64,000 nt of DNA. It comes from the human T2T-CHM13v2.0 reference genome, Homo sapiens. A program made the position numbers and the translations under genes. The notes beneath the pieces are model-generated. The model made no database searches. It was not told the DNA's origin and saw nothing but the letters and a program-made list of their open reading frames with translations. Location: the NCBI RefSeq assembly GCF_009914755.1, contig NC_060929.1. The stretch is one strand, 5' to 3'. Positions 52,822-64,000 of this stretch are shown here, one piece after another. The stretch's first letter is position 1. Each line of letters starts with the position of its first letter.

Positions 52822-55800
52822 GTGCAATTGGCAAGTGGAGATTTCAAGCGCTTTAAGGTCAATGGCAGAAAAGGAAATATCTTCGTTTCAAAACTAGACA
52901 GAATCATTCCCACAAACTGCGTTGTGATGTGTTCGTTCATCTCACAGAGTTTAACCTTTCTTTTCATAGAGCAGTTAGGAAACAGTCTGTTTGTAAATTC
53001 TGTAAGTGGATATTCTGACATCTTGTGGCCTTCGTTGGAAACGGGATTTCTTCATATTCTGCTAGACAGAAGAATTCTCAGAATCTTCCTTGTGTTGTGT
53101 GTATTCAACTCACAGAGTTGAACGATGGTTTACACAGAGCAGATTTGAAACACTCTTTTTGTGGAATTTGCAAGTGGAGATTTCAGCCGCTTTGAAGTCA
53201 ATGGTAGAAAAGGAAATATCTTCGTATAAAAACTAGACAGAATGATTCTCAGAAACTTCTTTGTGATGTGTGCGTTCAACTCACAGAGTTTAACCTTTCT
53301 TTTCATAGAGCAGTTAGGAAACAGTCTGTTTGAAAATTCTGTAAGTGGATATTCTGACATCTTGTGGCCTTCGTTGGAAACGGGATTTCTTCATATTCTG
53401 CTAGACAGAAGAATTCTCAGAATCTTCCTTGTGTTGTGTGTATTCAACTCACAGAGTTGAACGATAGTTTACACAGAGCAGATTTGAAACACTCATTTGG
53501 TGGAATTTGCAAGTGGAGATTTCAGCCGCTTTGAGGTCAATGGTAGAAAAGGAAATATCTTCGTATAACAACTAGACAGAATGATTCTCAGAAACTTCTT
53601 TGTGATGTGTGTGTTCAACTCACAGTGTTTAACCTTTCTTTTCATAGAGCAGTTAGGAAACACTGTGTTTTTAAACTCTGCAAGTGGATATTCAGACCTC
53701 TTTGAGGCCTTCGTTGGAAACGGGATTTCTTCATACTGTGCTAGACAGAAGAATTCTCAGTAACTTCCTTGTGTTGTGTGTATTCAACTCACAGAGTTGA
53801 CCGATCCTTTACACAGAGCAGACTTGTAACACTCTTTTTGTGGAATTTGCAAGTGGAGATTTCAGCCGCTTTGAAGTCAAAGGTAGAAAAGGGAATATCT
53901 TCCTATAAAAACTAGACAGAATGATTCTCAGAAACTCCTTTGTGATGTGTGCGTTCAACTCACAGAGTTTAACCTTTCTTTTCATAGAGCAGTTAGGAAA
54001 CACTCTGTTTCTAAAGTCTGCAAGTGGATATTCAGACCTCTTTGAGGCCTTCGTTGGAAACGGGTTTTTTTCATATAAGGCTAGAGAGAAGAATTCCCAG
54101 TAACTTCCTTGTGTTGTGTGTGTTCAACTCACAGAGTTGAACTTTCATTTACACAGAGCAGATTTGAAACACTCTTTTTGTGGAATTTGCAGGTGGAGAT
54201 TTCAAGCGCTGTGAGGCCAAAGGCAGAAAAGGAAATATCTTCGTATAAAAACTAGACAGAATCGTTCTCAGAAACTGCTCTGCGATGTGTGCGTTCAACT
54301 CTCAGAGTTTAACTTTTCTTTTCATTCAGCAGTTTGGAAACACTCTGTTTGTATAGTCTGCACGTGGATAATTTGACCACTTAGAGGCCTTCGTTGGAAA
54401 CGGGTTTTTTTCATGTAAGGCTAGACAGAAGAATTCTCAGTAACTTCCTTGTGTTGTGTGTATTCAACTCACACAGTTGAACGATCCTTTACACATAGCA
54501 GACTTGTAACACTCTTTTTGTGGAATTTGCAAGTGGAGATTCCAGCCGCTTTGAAGTCAAATGTAGAAAAGGAAATATCTTCCTATAAAAACTAGACAGA
54601 ATGATTCTCAGAAACTCCTTTGTGATGTGTGCGTTCAACTCACAGAGTTTAACCTTTCTTTTCATAGAGCAGTTAGGAAACACGCTGTTTGTAAAGTCTG
54701 CAAGTGGATATTCAGACCTGTTTGAGGCCTTCGTTGGAAACGGGTTTTTTTCATATAAGGCTAGACAGAAGAATTCCCAGTAACTTCCTTGTGTTGTGTG
54801 TGTTCAACTCACAGAGTTGAACTTTCATTTACACAGAGCAGATTTGAAACACTCTTTTTGTGGAATTTGCAAGTGGAGATTTCAAGCGCTTTGAGGCCAA
54901 AGGCAGAAAAGGAAATATCTTCGTATAAAAACTAGACAGAATCATTCTCAGAAACTGCTCTGTGATGTGTGCGTTCAACTCTCAGAGTTTAACTTTTCTT
55001 TTCATTCAGCAGTTTGGAAACACTCTGTTTGTAAAGTCTGCACGTGGATAATTTGACCTCTTAGAGGCCTTCGTTGGAAACGGGTTTTTTTCATGTAAGG
55101 CTAGACAGAAGAGTTCTCAGTAACTTCCTTGTGTTGTGTGTATTCAACTCACACAGTTGAACGATCCTTTACAGAGAGCAGACTTGTAACACTCTTTTTG
55201 TGGAATTTGCAAGTGGAGATTTCAGCCGCTTTGAAGTCAAAGTAGAAAAGGAAATATCTTCCTATAAAAACTAGACAGAATGATTCTCAGAAACTCCTTT
55301 GTGATGTGTGCGTTCAACTCACAGAGTTTAACCTTTCTTTTCATAGAGCAGTTAGGAAACACTCTGTTTGTAAAGTCTGCAAGTGGATATTCAGACCTCT
55401 TTGAGGCCTTCGTTGGAAACGGGTTTTTTTCATATAAGGCTAGACAGAAGAATTCCCAGTAACTTCCTTGTGTTGTGTGTGTTCAACTCACAGAGTTGAA
55501 CTTTCATTTACACACAGCAGATTTGAAACACTCTTTTTGTGGAATTTGCAAGTGGAGATTTCAGCCGCGTTGAGGTCAATGGTAGAAAAGGAAATATCTT
55601 CGTATAAAAACTAGACAGAATGATTCTCAGAAACTCCTTTGAGATGTGTGCGTTCAACTCACAGAGTTTAACCTTTCTTTTCATAGAGCAGTTAGGAAAC
55701 ACTCTGCTTGTAAAGTCTGCAAGTGGATATTCAGCCCTCTTTGAGGCCTTCGTTGGAAACGGGTTTTTTTCATATAAGGCTAGACAGAAGAATTCCCAGT

Positions 55801-56218
55801 AACTTCCTTGTGTTGTGTGTGTTCAACTCACAGAGTTGAACTTTGATTTACACAGAGCAGATTTGAAACACTCTTTTTGTGGAATTTGCAAGTGGAGATT
55901 TCAAGCGCTTTGAGGCCAAAGGCAGAAAAGGAAATATCTTCGTATAAAAACTAGACAGAATCATTCTCAGAAACTGCTCTGCGATGTGTGCGTTCAACTC
56001 TCAGAGTTTAACTTTTCTTTTCATTCAGCAGTTTGGAAACACTCTGTTTGTAAAGTCTGCACGTGGATATTTTGACCACTTAGAGGCCTTCGTTGGAAAC
56101 GGGTTTTTTTCCTGTAAGGCTAGACAGAAGAATTCCCAGTAACTTCCTTGTGTTGTGTACATTCAACTCACAGAGTTGAACGTTCCCTTAGACAGAGCAG
56201 ATTTGAAACACTCTTTTT
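52822..56218 (+). repeat. Rearranged 20-monomer unit (extra head dimer, missing module dimer)
   Basis: Marker spacing 3397 bp, but the head motif CTGACATCTTGTGGCC occurs twice (~53015, ~53354) and a hybrid monomer lies at ~55500-55580. Confidence 0.85.
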
Positions 56219-59200
56219 GTGCAATTGGCAAGTGGAGATTTCAAGCGCTTTAAGGTCAATGGCAGAAAAGGAAATATCTTCGTTTCAAAACTAGAGAGAA
56301 TCATTCCCAAAAACTGCGTTGTGATGTGTTCGTTCATCTCACAGAGTTTAACCTTTCTTTTCATAGAGCAGTTAGGAAACAGTCTGTTTGTAAATTCTGT
56401 AAGTGGATATTCTGACATCTTGTGGCCTTCGTTGGAAACGGGATTTCTTCATATTCTGCTAGACAGAAGAATTCTCAGAATCTTCCTTGTGTTGTGTGTA
56501 TTCAACTCACAGAGTTGAACGATGGTTTACACAGAGCAGATTTGAAACACTCTTTTTGTGGAATTTGCAAGTGGAGATTTCAGCCGCTTTGAGGTCAATG
56601 GTAGAAAAGGAAATATCTTCGTATAAAAACTAGACAGAATGATTCTCAGAAACTTCTTTGTGATGTGTGCGTTCAACTCACAGAGTTTAACCTTTCTTTT
56701 CATAGAGCAGTTAGGAAACACTCTGTTTGTAAACTCTGCAAGTGGATATTCAGACCTCTTTGAGGCCTTCGTTGGAAACGGGATTTCTTCATACTGTGCT
56801 AGACAGAAGAATTCTCAGTAACTTCCTTGTGTTGTGTGTATTCAACTCACAGAGTTGACCGATCCTTTACACAGAGCAGACTTGTAACACTCTTTTTGTG
56901 GAATTTGCAAGTGGAGATTTCAGCCGCTTTGAAGTCAAAGGTAGAAAAGGGAATATCTTCCTATAAAAACTAGACAGAATGATTCTCAGAAACTCCTTTG
57001 TCATGTGTGCGTTCAACTCACAGAGTTTAACCTTTCTTTTCATAGAGCAGTTAGGAAACACTCTGTTTCTAAAGTCTGCAAGTGGATATTCAGACCTCTT
57101 TGAGGCCTTCGTTGGAAACGGGTTTTTTTCATATAAGGCTAGAGAGAAGAATTCCCAGTAACTTCCTTGTGTTGTGTGTGTTCAACTCACAGAGTTGAAC
57201 TTTCATTTACACAGAGCAGATTTGAAACACTCTTTTTGTGGAATTTGCAAGTGGAGATTTCAAGCGCTGTGAGGCCAAAGGCAGAAAAGGAAATATCTTC
57301 GTATAAAAACTAGACAGAATCATTCTCAGAAACTGCTCTGCGATGTGTGCGTTCAACTCTCAGAGTTTAACTTTTGTTTTCATTCAGCAGTTTGGAAACA
57401 CTCTGTTTGTAAAGTCTGCACGTGGATAATTTGACCACTTAGAGGCCTTCGTTGGAAACGGGTTTTTTCCATGTAAGGCTAGACACAAGAATTCTCAGTA
57501 ACTTCCTTGTGTTGTGTGTATTCAACTCACACAGTTGAACGATCCTTTACACAGAGCAGACTTGTAACACTCTTTTTGTGGAATTTGCAAGTGGAGATTT
57601 CAGCCGCTTTGAAGTCAAAGGTAGAAAAGGAAATATCTTCCTATAAAAACTAGACAGAAAGATTCTCAGAAACTCCTTTGTGATGTGTGCGTTCAACTCA
57701 CAGAGTTTAACCTTTCTTTTCATAGAGCAGTTAGGAAACACTCTGTTTGTAAAGTCTGCAAGTGGATATTCAGACCTCTTTGAGGCCTTCGTTGGAAACG
57801 GGTTTTTTTCATATAAGGCTAGACAGAAGAATTCCCAGTAACTTCCTTGTGTTGTGTGTGTTCAACTCACAGAGTTGAACTTTCATTTACACAGAGCAGA
57901 TTTGAAACACTCTTTTTGTGGAATTTGCAAGTGGAGATTTCAAGCGCTTTGAGGCCAAAGGCAGAAAAGGAAATATCTTCGTATAAAAACTAGACAGAAT
58001 CATTCTCAGAAACTGCTCTGTGATGTGTGCGTTCAACTCTCAGAGTTTAACTTTTCTTTTCATTCAGCAGTTTGGAAACACTCTGTTTGTAAAGTCTGCA
58101 CGTGGATAATTTGACCACTTAGAGGCCTTCGTTGGAAACGGGTTTTTTTCATGTAAGGCTAGACAGAAGAGTTCTCAGTAACTTCCTTGTGTTGTGTGTA
58201 TTCAACTCACACAGTTGAACGATCCTTTACAGAGAGCAGACTTGTAACACTCTTTTTGTGGAATTTGCAAGTGGAGATTTCAGCCGCTTTGAAGTCAAAG
58301 TAGAAAAGGAAATATCTTCCTATAAAAACTAGACAGAATGATTCTCAGAAACTCCTTTGTGATGTGTGCGTTCAACTCACAGAGTTTAACCTTTCTTTTC
58401 ATAGAGCAGTTAGGAAACACTCTGTTTGTAAAGTCTGCAAGTGGATATTCAGACCTCTTTGAGGCCTTCGTTGGAAACGGGTTTTTTTCATATAAGGCTA
58501 GACAGAAGAATTCCCAGTAACTTCCTTGTGTTGTGTGTGTTCAACTCACAGAGTTGAACTTTCATTTACACAGAGCAGATTTGAAACACTCTTTTTGTGG
58601 AATTTGCAGGTGGAGATTTCAAGCGCTTTGAGGCCAAAGGCAGAAAAGGAAATATCTTCGTATAAAAACTAGACAGAATCATTCTCAGAAACTGCTCTGC
58701 GATGTGTGCGTTCAACTCTCAGAGTTTAACTTTTCTTTTCATTCAGCAGTTTGGAAACACTCTGTTTGTAAAGTCTGCACGTGGATAATTTGACCACTTA
58801 GAGGCCTTCGTTGGAAACGGGTTTTTTTCATGTAAGGCTAGACAGAAGAATTCTCAGTAACTTCCTTGTGTTGTGTGTATTCAACTCACAGAGTTGAACG
58901 ATCCTTTACACAGAGCAGACTTGTAACACTCTTTTTGTGGAATTTGCAAGTGGAGATTTCAGCCGCTTTGAAGTCAAAGGTAGAAAAGGAAATATCTTCC
59001 TATAAAAACTAGACAGAATGATTCTCAGAAACTCCTTTGTGATGTGTGCGTTCAACTCACAGAGTTTAACCTTTCTTTTCATAGAGCAGTTAGGAAACAC
59101 TCTGCTTGTAAAGTCTGCAAGTGGATATTCAGCCCTCTTTGAGGCCTTCGTTGGAAACGGGTTTTTTTCATATAAGGCTAGACAGAAGAATTCCCAGTAA

Positions 59201-62200
59201 CTTCCTTGTGTTGTGTGTGTTCAACTCACAGAGTTGAACTTTGATTTACACAGAGCAGATTTGAAACACTCTTTTTGTGGAATTTGCAAGTGGAGATTTC
59301 AAGCGCTTTGAGGCCAAAGGCAGAAAAGGAAATATCTTCGTATAAAAACTAGACAGAATCATTCTCAGAAACTGCTCTGCGATGTGTGCGTTCAACTCTC
59401 AGAGTTTAACTTTTCTTTTCATTCAGCAGTTTGGAAACACTCTGTTTGTAAAGTCTGCACGTGGATATTTTGACCACTTAGAGGCCTTCGTTGGAAACGG
59501 GTTTTTTTCCTGTAAGGCTAGACAGAAGAATTCCCAGTAACTTCCTTGTGTTGTGTACATTCAACTCACAGAGTTGAACGTTCCCTTAGACAGAGCAGAT
59601 TTGAAACACTCTTTTTGTGCAATTGGCAAGTGGAGATTTCAAGCGCTTTAAGGTCAATGGCAGAAAAGGAAATATCTTCGTTTCAAAACTAGAGAGAATC
59701 ATTCCCAAAAACTGCGTTGTGATGTGTTCGTTCATCTCACAGAGTTTAACCTTTCTTTTCATAGAGCAGTTAGGAAACAGTCTGTTTGTAAATTCTGTAA
59801 GTGGATATTCTGACATCTTGTGGCCTTCGTTGGAAACGGGATTTCTTCATATTCTGCTAGACAGAAGAATTCTCAGAATCTTCCTTGTGTTGTGTGTATT
59901 CAACTCACAGAGTTGAACGATGGTTTACACAGAGCAGATTTGAAACACTCTTTTTGTGGAATTTGCAAGTGGAGATTTCAGCCGCTTTGAGGTCAATGGT
60001 AGAAAAGGAAATATCTTCGTATAAAAACTAGACAGAATGATTCTCAGAAACTTCTTTGTGATGTGTGCGTTCAACTCACAGAGTTTAACCTTTCTTTTCA
60101 TAGAGCAGTTAGGAAACACTCTGTTTGTAAACTCTGCAAGTGGATATTCAGACCTCTTTGAGGCCTTCGTTGGAAACGGGATTTCTTCATACTGTGCTAG
60201 ACAGAAGAATTCTCAGTAACTTCCTTCTGTTGTGTGTATTCAACTCACAGAGTTGACCGATCCTTTACACAGAGCAGACTTGTAACACTCTTTTTGTGGA
60301 ATTTGCAAGTGGAGATTTCAGCCGCTTTGAAGTCAAAGGTAGAAAAGGGAATATCTTCCTATAAAAACTAGACAGAATGATTCTCAGAAACTCCTTTGTG
60401 ATGTGTGCGTTCAACTCACAGAGTTTAACCTTTCTTTTCATAGAGCAGTTAGGAAACACTCTGTTTCTAAAGTCTGCAAGTGGATATTCAGACCTCTTTG
60501 AGGCCTTCGTTGGAAACGGGTTTTTTTCATATAAGGCTAGAGAGAAGAATTCCCAGTAACTTCCTTGTGTTGTGTGTGTTCAACTCACAGAGTTGAACTT
60601 TCATTTACACAGAGCAGATTTGAAACACTCTTTTTGTGGAATTTGCAAGTGGAGATTTCAAGCGCTGTGAGGCCAAAGGCAGAAAAGGAAATATCTTCGT
60701 ATAAAAACTAGACAGAATCATTCTCAGAAACTGCTCTGCGATGTGTGCGTTCAACTCTCAGAGTTTAACTTTTCTTTTCATTCAGCAGTTTGGAAACACT
60801 CTGTTTGTAAAGTCTGCACGTGGATAATTTGACCACTTAGAGGCCTTCGTTGGAAACGGTTTTTTTTCATGTAATGCTAGACAGAAGAATTCTCAGTAAC
60901 TTCCTTGTGTTGTGTGTATTCAACTCACAGAGTTGAACGATCCTTTACACAGAGCAGACTTGTAACACTCTTTTTGTGGAATTTGCAAGTGGAGATTTCA
61001 GCCGCTTTGAAGTCAAAGGTAGAAAAGGAAATATCTTCCTATAAAAACTAGACAGATAGATTCTCAGAAACTCCTTTGTGATGTGTGCGTTCAACTCACA
61101 GAGTTTAACCTTTCTTTTCATAGAGCAGTTAGGAAACACTCTGTTTGTAAAGTCTGCAAGTGGATATTCAGACCTCTTTGGGGCCTTCGTTGGAAACGGG
61201 TTTTTTTCATATAAGGCTAGACAGAAGAATTCCCAGTAACTTCCTTGTGCTGTGTGTGTTCAACTCACAGAGTTGAACTTTCATTTACACAGAGCAGATT
61301 TGAAACACTCTTTTTGTGGAATTTGCAAGTGGAGATTTCAAGCGCTTTGAGGCCAAAGGCAGAAAAGGAAATATCTTCGTATAAAAACTAGACAGAATCA
61401 TTCTCAGAGACTGCTCTGTGATGTGTGCGTTCAACTCTCAGAGTTTAACTTTTCTTTTCATTCAGCAGTTTGGAAACACTCTGTTTGTAAAGTCTGCACG
61501 TGGATAATTTGACCACTTAGAGGCCTTCGTTGGAAACGGGTTTTTTTCATGTAAGGCTAGACAGAAGAGTTCTCAGTAACTTCCTTGTGTTGTGTGTATT
61601 CAACTCACACAGTTGAACGATCCTTTACAGAGAGCAGACTTGTAACACTCTTTTTGTGGAATTTGCAAGTGGAGATTTCAGCCGCTTTGAAGTCAAAGTA
61701 GAAAAGGAAATATCTTCCTATAGAAACTAGACAGAATGATTCTCAGAAACTCCTTGGTGATGTGTGCGTTCAACTCACAGAGTTTAACCTTTCTTTTCAT
61801 AGAGCAGTTAGGAAACACTCTGTTTGTAAAGTCTGCAAGTGGATATTCAGACCTCTTTGAGGCCTTCGTTGGAAACGGGTTTTTTTCATATAAGGCTAGA
61901 CAGAAGAATTCCCAGTAACTTCCTTGTGTTGTGTGTGTTCAACTCACAGAGTTGAACTTTCCTTTACACAGAGCAGATTTGAAACACTCTTTTTGTGGAA
62001 TTTGCAGGTGGAGATTTCAAGCGCTTTGAGGCCAAAGGCAGAAAAGGAAATATCTTCGTATAAAAACTAGACAGAATCATTCTCAGAAACTGCTCTGCGA
62101 TGTGTGCGTTCAACTCTCAGAGTTTAACTTTTCTTTTCATTCAGCAGTTTGGAAACACTCTGTTTGTAAAGTCTGCACGTGGATAATTTGACCACTTAGA

Positions 62201-63014
62201 GGCCTTCGTTGGAAACGGGTTTTTTTCGTGTAAGGCTAGACAGAAGAATTCTCAGTAACTTCCTTGTGTTGTGTGTATTCAACTCACAGAGTTGAACGAT
62301 CCTTTACACAGAGCAGACTTGTAACACTCTTTTTGTGGAATTTGCAAGTGGAGATTTCAGCCGCTTTGAAGTCAAAGGTAGAAAAGGAAATATCTTCCTA
62401 TAAAAACTAGACAGAATGATTCTCAGAAACTCCTTTGTGATGTGTGCGTTCAACTCACAGAGTTTAACCTTTCTTTTCATAGAGCAGTTAGGAAACACTC
62501 TGCTTGTAAAGTCTGCAAGTGGATATTCAGCCCTCTTTGAGGCCTTCGTTGGAAACGGGTTTTTTTCATATAAGGCTAGACAGAAGAATTCCCAGTAACT
62601 TCCTTGTGTTGTGTGTGTTCAACTCACAGAGTTGAACTTTCATTTACACAGAGCAGATTTGAAACACTCTTTTTGTGGAATTTGCAAGTGGAGATTTCAA
62701 GCGCTTTGAGGCCAAAGGCAGAAAAGGAAATATCTTCGTATAAAAACTAGACAGAATCATTCTCAGAAACTGCTCTGCGATGTGTGCGTTCAACTCTCAG
62801 AGTTTAACTTTTCTTTTCATTCAGCAGTTTGGAAACACTCTGTTTGTAAAGTCTGCACGTGGATATTTTGACCACTTAGAGGCCTTCGTTGGAAACGGGT
62901 TTTTTTCCTGTAAGGCTAGACAGAAGAATTCCCAGTAACTTCCTTGTGTTGTGTACATTCAACTCACAGAGTTGAACGTTCCCTTAGACAGAGCAGATTT
63001 GAAACACTCTTTTT
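56219..63014 (+). repeat. Two consecutive 20-mer HORs, lineage A
   Basis: Markers at 56219, 59617 and 63015; spacings 3398 and 3398 bp. Confidence 0.9.
60845..60861 (+). promoter_or_regulatory. Mutated CENP-B box (core CGGG to CGGT)
   Basis: Sequence reads CTTCGTTGGAAACGGTT; G>T at 60860, one of the nine core positions. Confidence 0.8.
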
Positions 63015-64000
63015 GTGCAATTGGCAAGTGGAGATTTCAAGCGCTTTGAGGTCAATGGCAGAAAAGGAAATATCTTCGTTTCAAAACTAGACAGAATCAT
63101 TCCCACAAACTGCGTTGTGATGTGTTCGTTCAACTCACAGAGTTTAACCTTTCTTTTCATAGAGCAGTTGGGAAACAGTCTGTTTGAAAATTCTGTAAGT
63201 GGATATTCTGACATCTTGTGGCCTTCGTTGGAAACGGGATTTCTTCATATTCTGCTAGACAGAAGAATTCTCAGAATCTTCCTTGTGTTGTGTGTATTCA
63301 ACTCACAGAGTTGAACGATGGTTTACACAGAGCAGATTTGAAACACTCATTTGGTGGAATTTGCAAGTGGAGATTTCAGCCGCTTTGAGGTCAATGGTAG
63401 AAAAGGAAATATCTTCGTATAACAAATAGACAGAATGATTCTCAGAAACTTCTTTGTGATGTGTGTGTTCAACTCACAGAGTTTAACCTTTCTTTTCATA
63501 GAGCAGTTAGGAAACACTGTGTTTTTAAACTCTGCAAGTGGATATTCAGACCTCTTTGAGGCCTTCGTTGGAAACGGGATTTCTTCATACTGTGCTAGAC
63601 AGAAGAATTCTCAGTAACTTCCTTGTGTTGTGTGTATTCAACTCACAGAGTTGAACGATCCTTTACACAGAGCAGACTTGAAACACTCTTTTTGTGGAAT
63701 TTGCAAGTGGAGATTTCAGCCGCGTTGAGGTCAATGGTAGAAAAGGAAATATCTTCGTATAAAAACTAGACAGAATGATTCTCAGAAACTCCTTTGTGAT
63801 GTGTGTGTTCAACTCACAGAGTTTAACATTTCTTTTCATAGAGCAGTTAGGAAACACTCTGTTTGTAAAGTCTGCAAGTGGATATTCAGACCTCTTTGAG
63901 GCCTTCGTTGGAAACGGGTTTTTTTCATATAAGGCTAGACAGAAGAATTCCCAGTAACTTCCTTGTGTTGTGTGTGTTCAACTCACAGAGTTGAACTTTC
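63015..64000 (+). repeat. Partial HOR, lineage B (truncated by the window end)
   Basis: Lineage-B variants present: TTTGAAAATTCT, CACTCATTTGGTGG, CCGCGTTGAGG, AACATTTCT. Confidence 0.85.

Larger units (their letters stand above)
1..64000 (+). repeat. Centromeric alpha-satellite HOR array, suprachromosomal family 1 (J1/J2 dimeric, ~340-bp dimer); probably human chromosome 10 D10Z1 / S1C10H1L-type active array
   Basis: Continuous ~170-bp monomers with alphoid motifs (CATTCTCAGAAACT, TTCAACTCACAGAG, GAAACACTCTTTTTGTGGAATTTGCAAGTGGAGATTT). CENP-B-box monomers alternate with A-type monomers (GG[T/C]AGAAAAGGAAATATCTT). EcoRI sites recur at ~340 bp and HOR copies are near-identical. Alpha-satellite/SF1 identity is near certain. 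The chromosome 10 assignment (4+4 structure, one conserved GTAC per unit, e.g. 3502 and 6899) is recalled knowledge and less certain (~0.65). Confidence 0.98.

Noticed and set aside
474-63957. Many 60-99 aa ORFs on both strands (MFPNCSMKRK..., MILRNSFVMC..., MQLASGDFKR...)
   Set aside because: They are translations of the satellite monomers. They recur with the repeat period, appear and vanish with single SNPs or indels, and resemble no protein family I recognise. I used them only as positional markers.
1-64000. CRISPR-like or other prokaryotic repeat-spacer system
   Set aside because: There are no unique spacers and no cas or other genes; the sequence between motifs is itself repeated alpha satellite.
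1-64000. L1/Alu insertion, inversion or non-alphoid island
   Set aside because: All marker spacings are near-integer multiples of the dimer, and I saw no reverse-orientation CENP-B box (CCCGTTTCCAACGAAG) or foreign sequence on the + strand.

Overview
The whole 64 kb window is one uninterrupted, single-orientation array of primate (most likely human) centromeric alpha-satellite DNA. It consists of ~170-bp monomers in ~340-bp dimers, with a CENP-B box (CTTCGTTGGAAACGGG[A/T]) in every second monomer and an EcoRI site in most dimers, which is the suprachromosomal family 1 (J1/J2) pattern. The 4+4 monomer architecture and one conserved RsaI site per repeat unit suggest the chromosome 10 D10Z1 array (S1C10H1L), but this is recalled knowledge and needs an alignment. 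I see no genes, RNA genes, transposon insertions or inversions, and all ORFs in the track are repeat artefacts. I found no new biological system. The interesting content is structural. No plain 8-mer occurs. Instead a fixed 4-monomer head is followed by 2-4 diverged copies of a 4-monomer module, giving 12-, 16- and 20-mer higher-order repeats (HORs) plus rarer 14- and 22-mers. These are further arranged into 28- and 32-monomer tandem duplications, with two interleaved sequence lineages, several hybrid monomers, one length-compensated rearrangement and one mutated CENP-B box. HOR unit coordinates are anchored on the recurrent GTGCAATTGG marker (start of the 99-aa pseudo-ORF). Breakpoints and variant lists were read by eye and are approximate.
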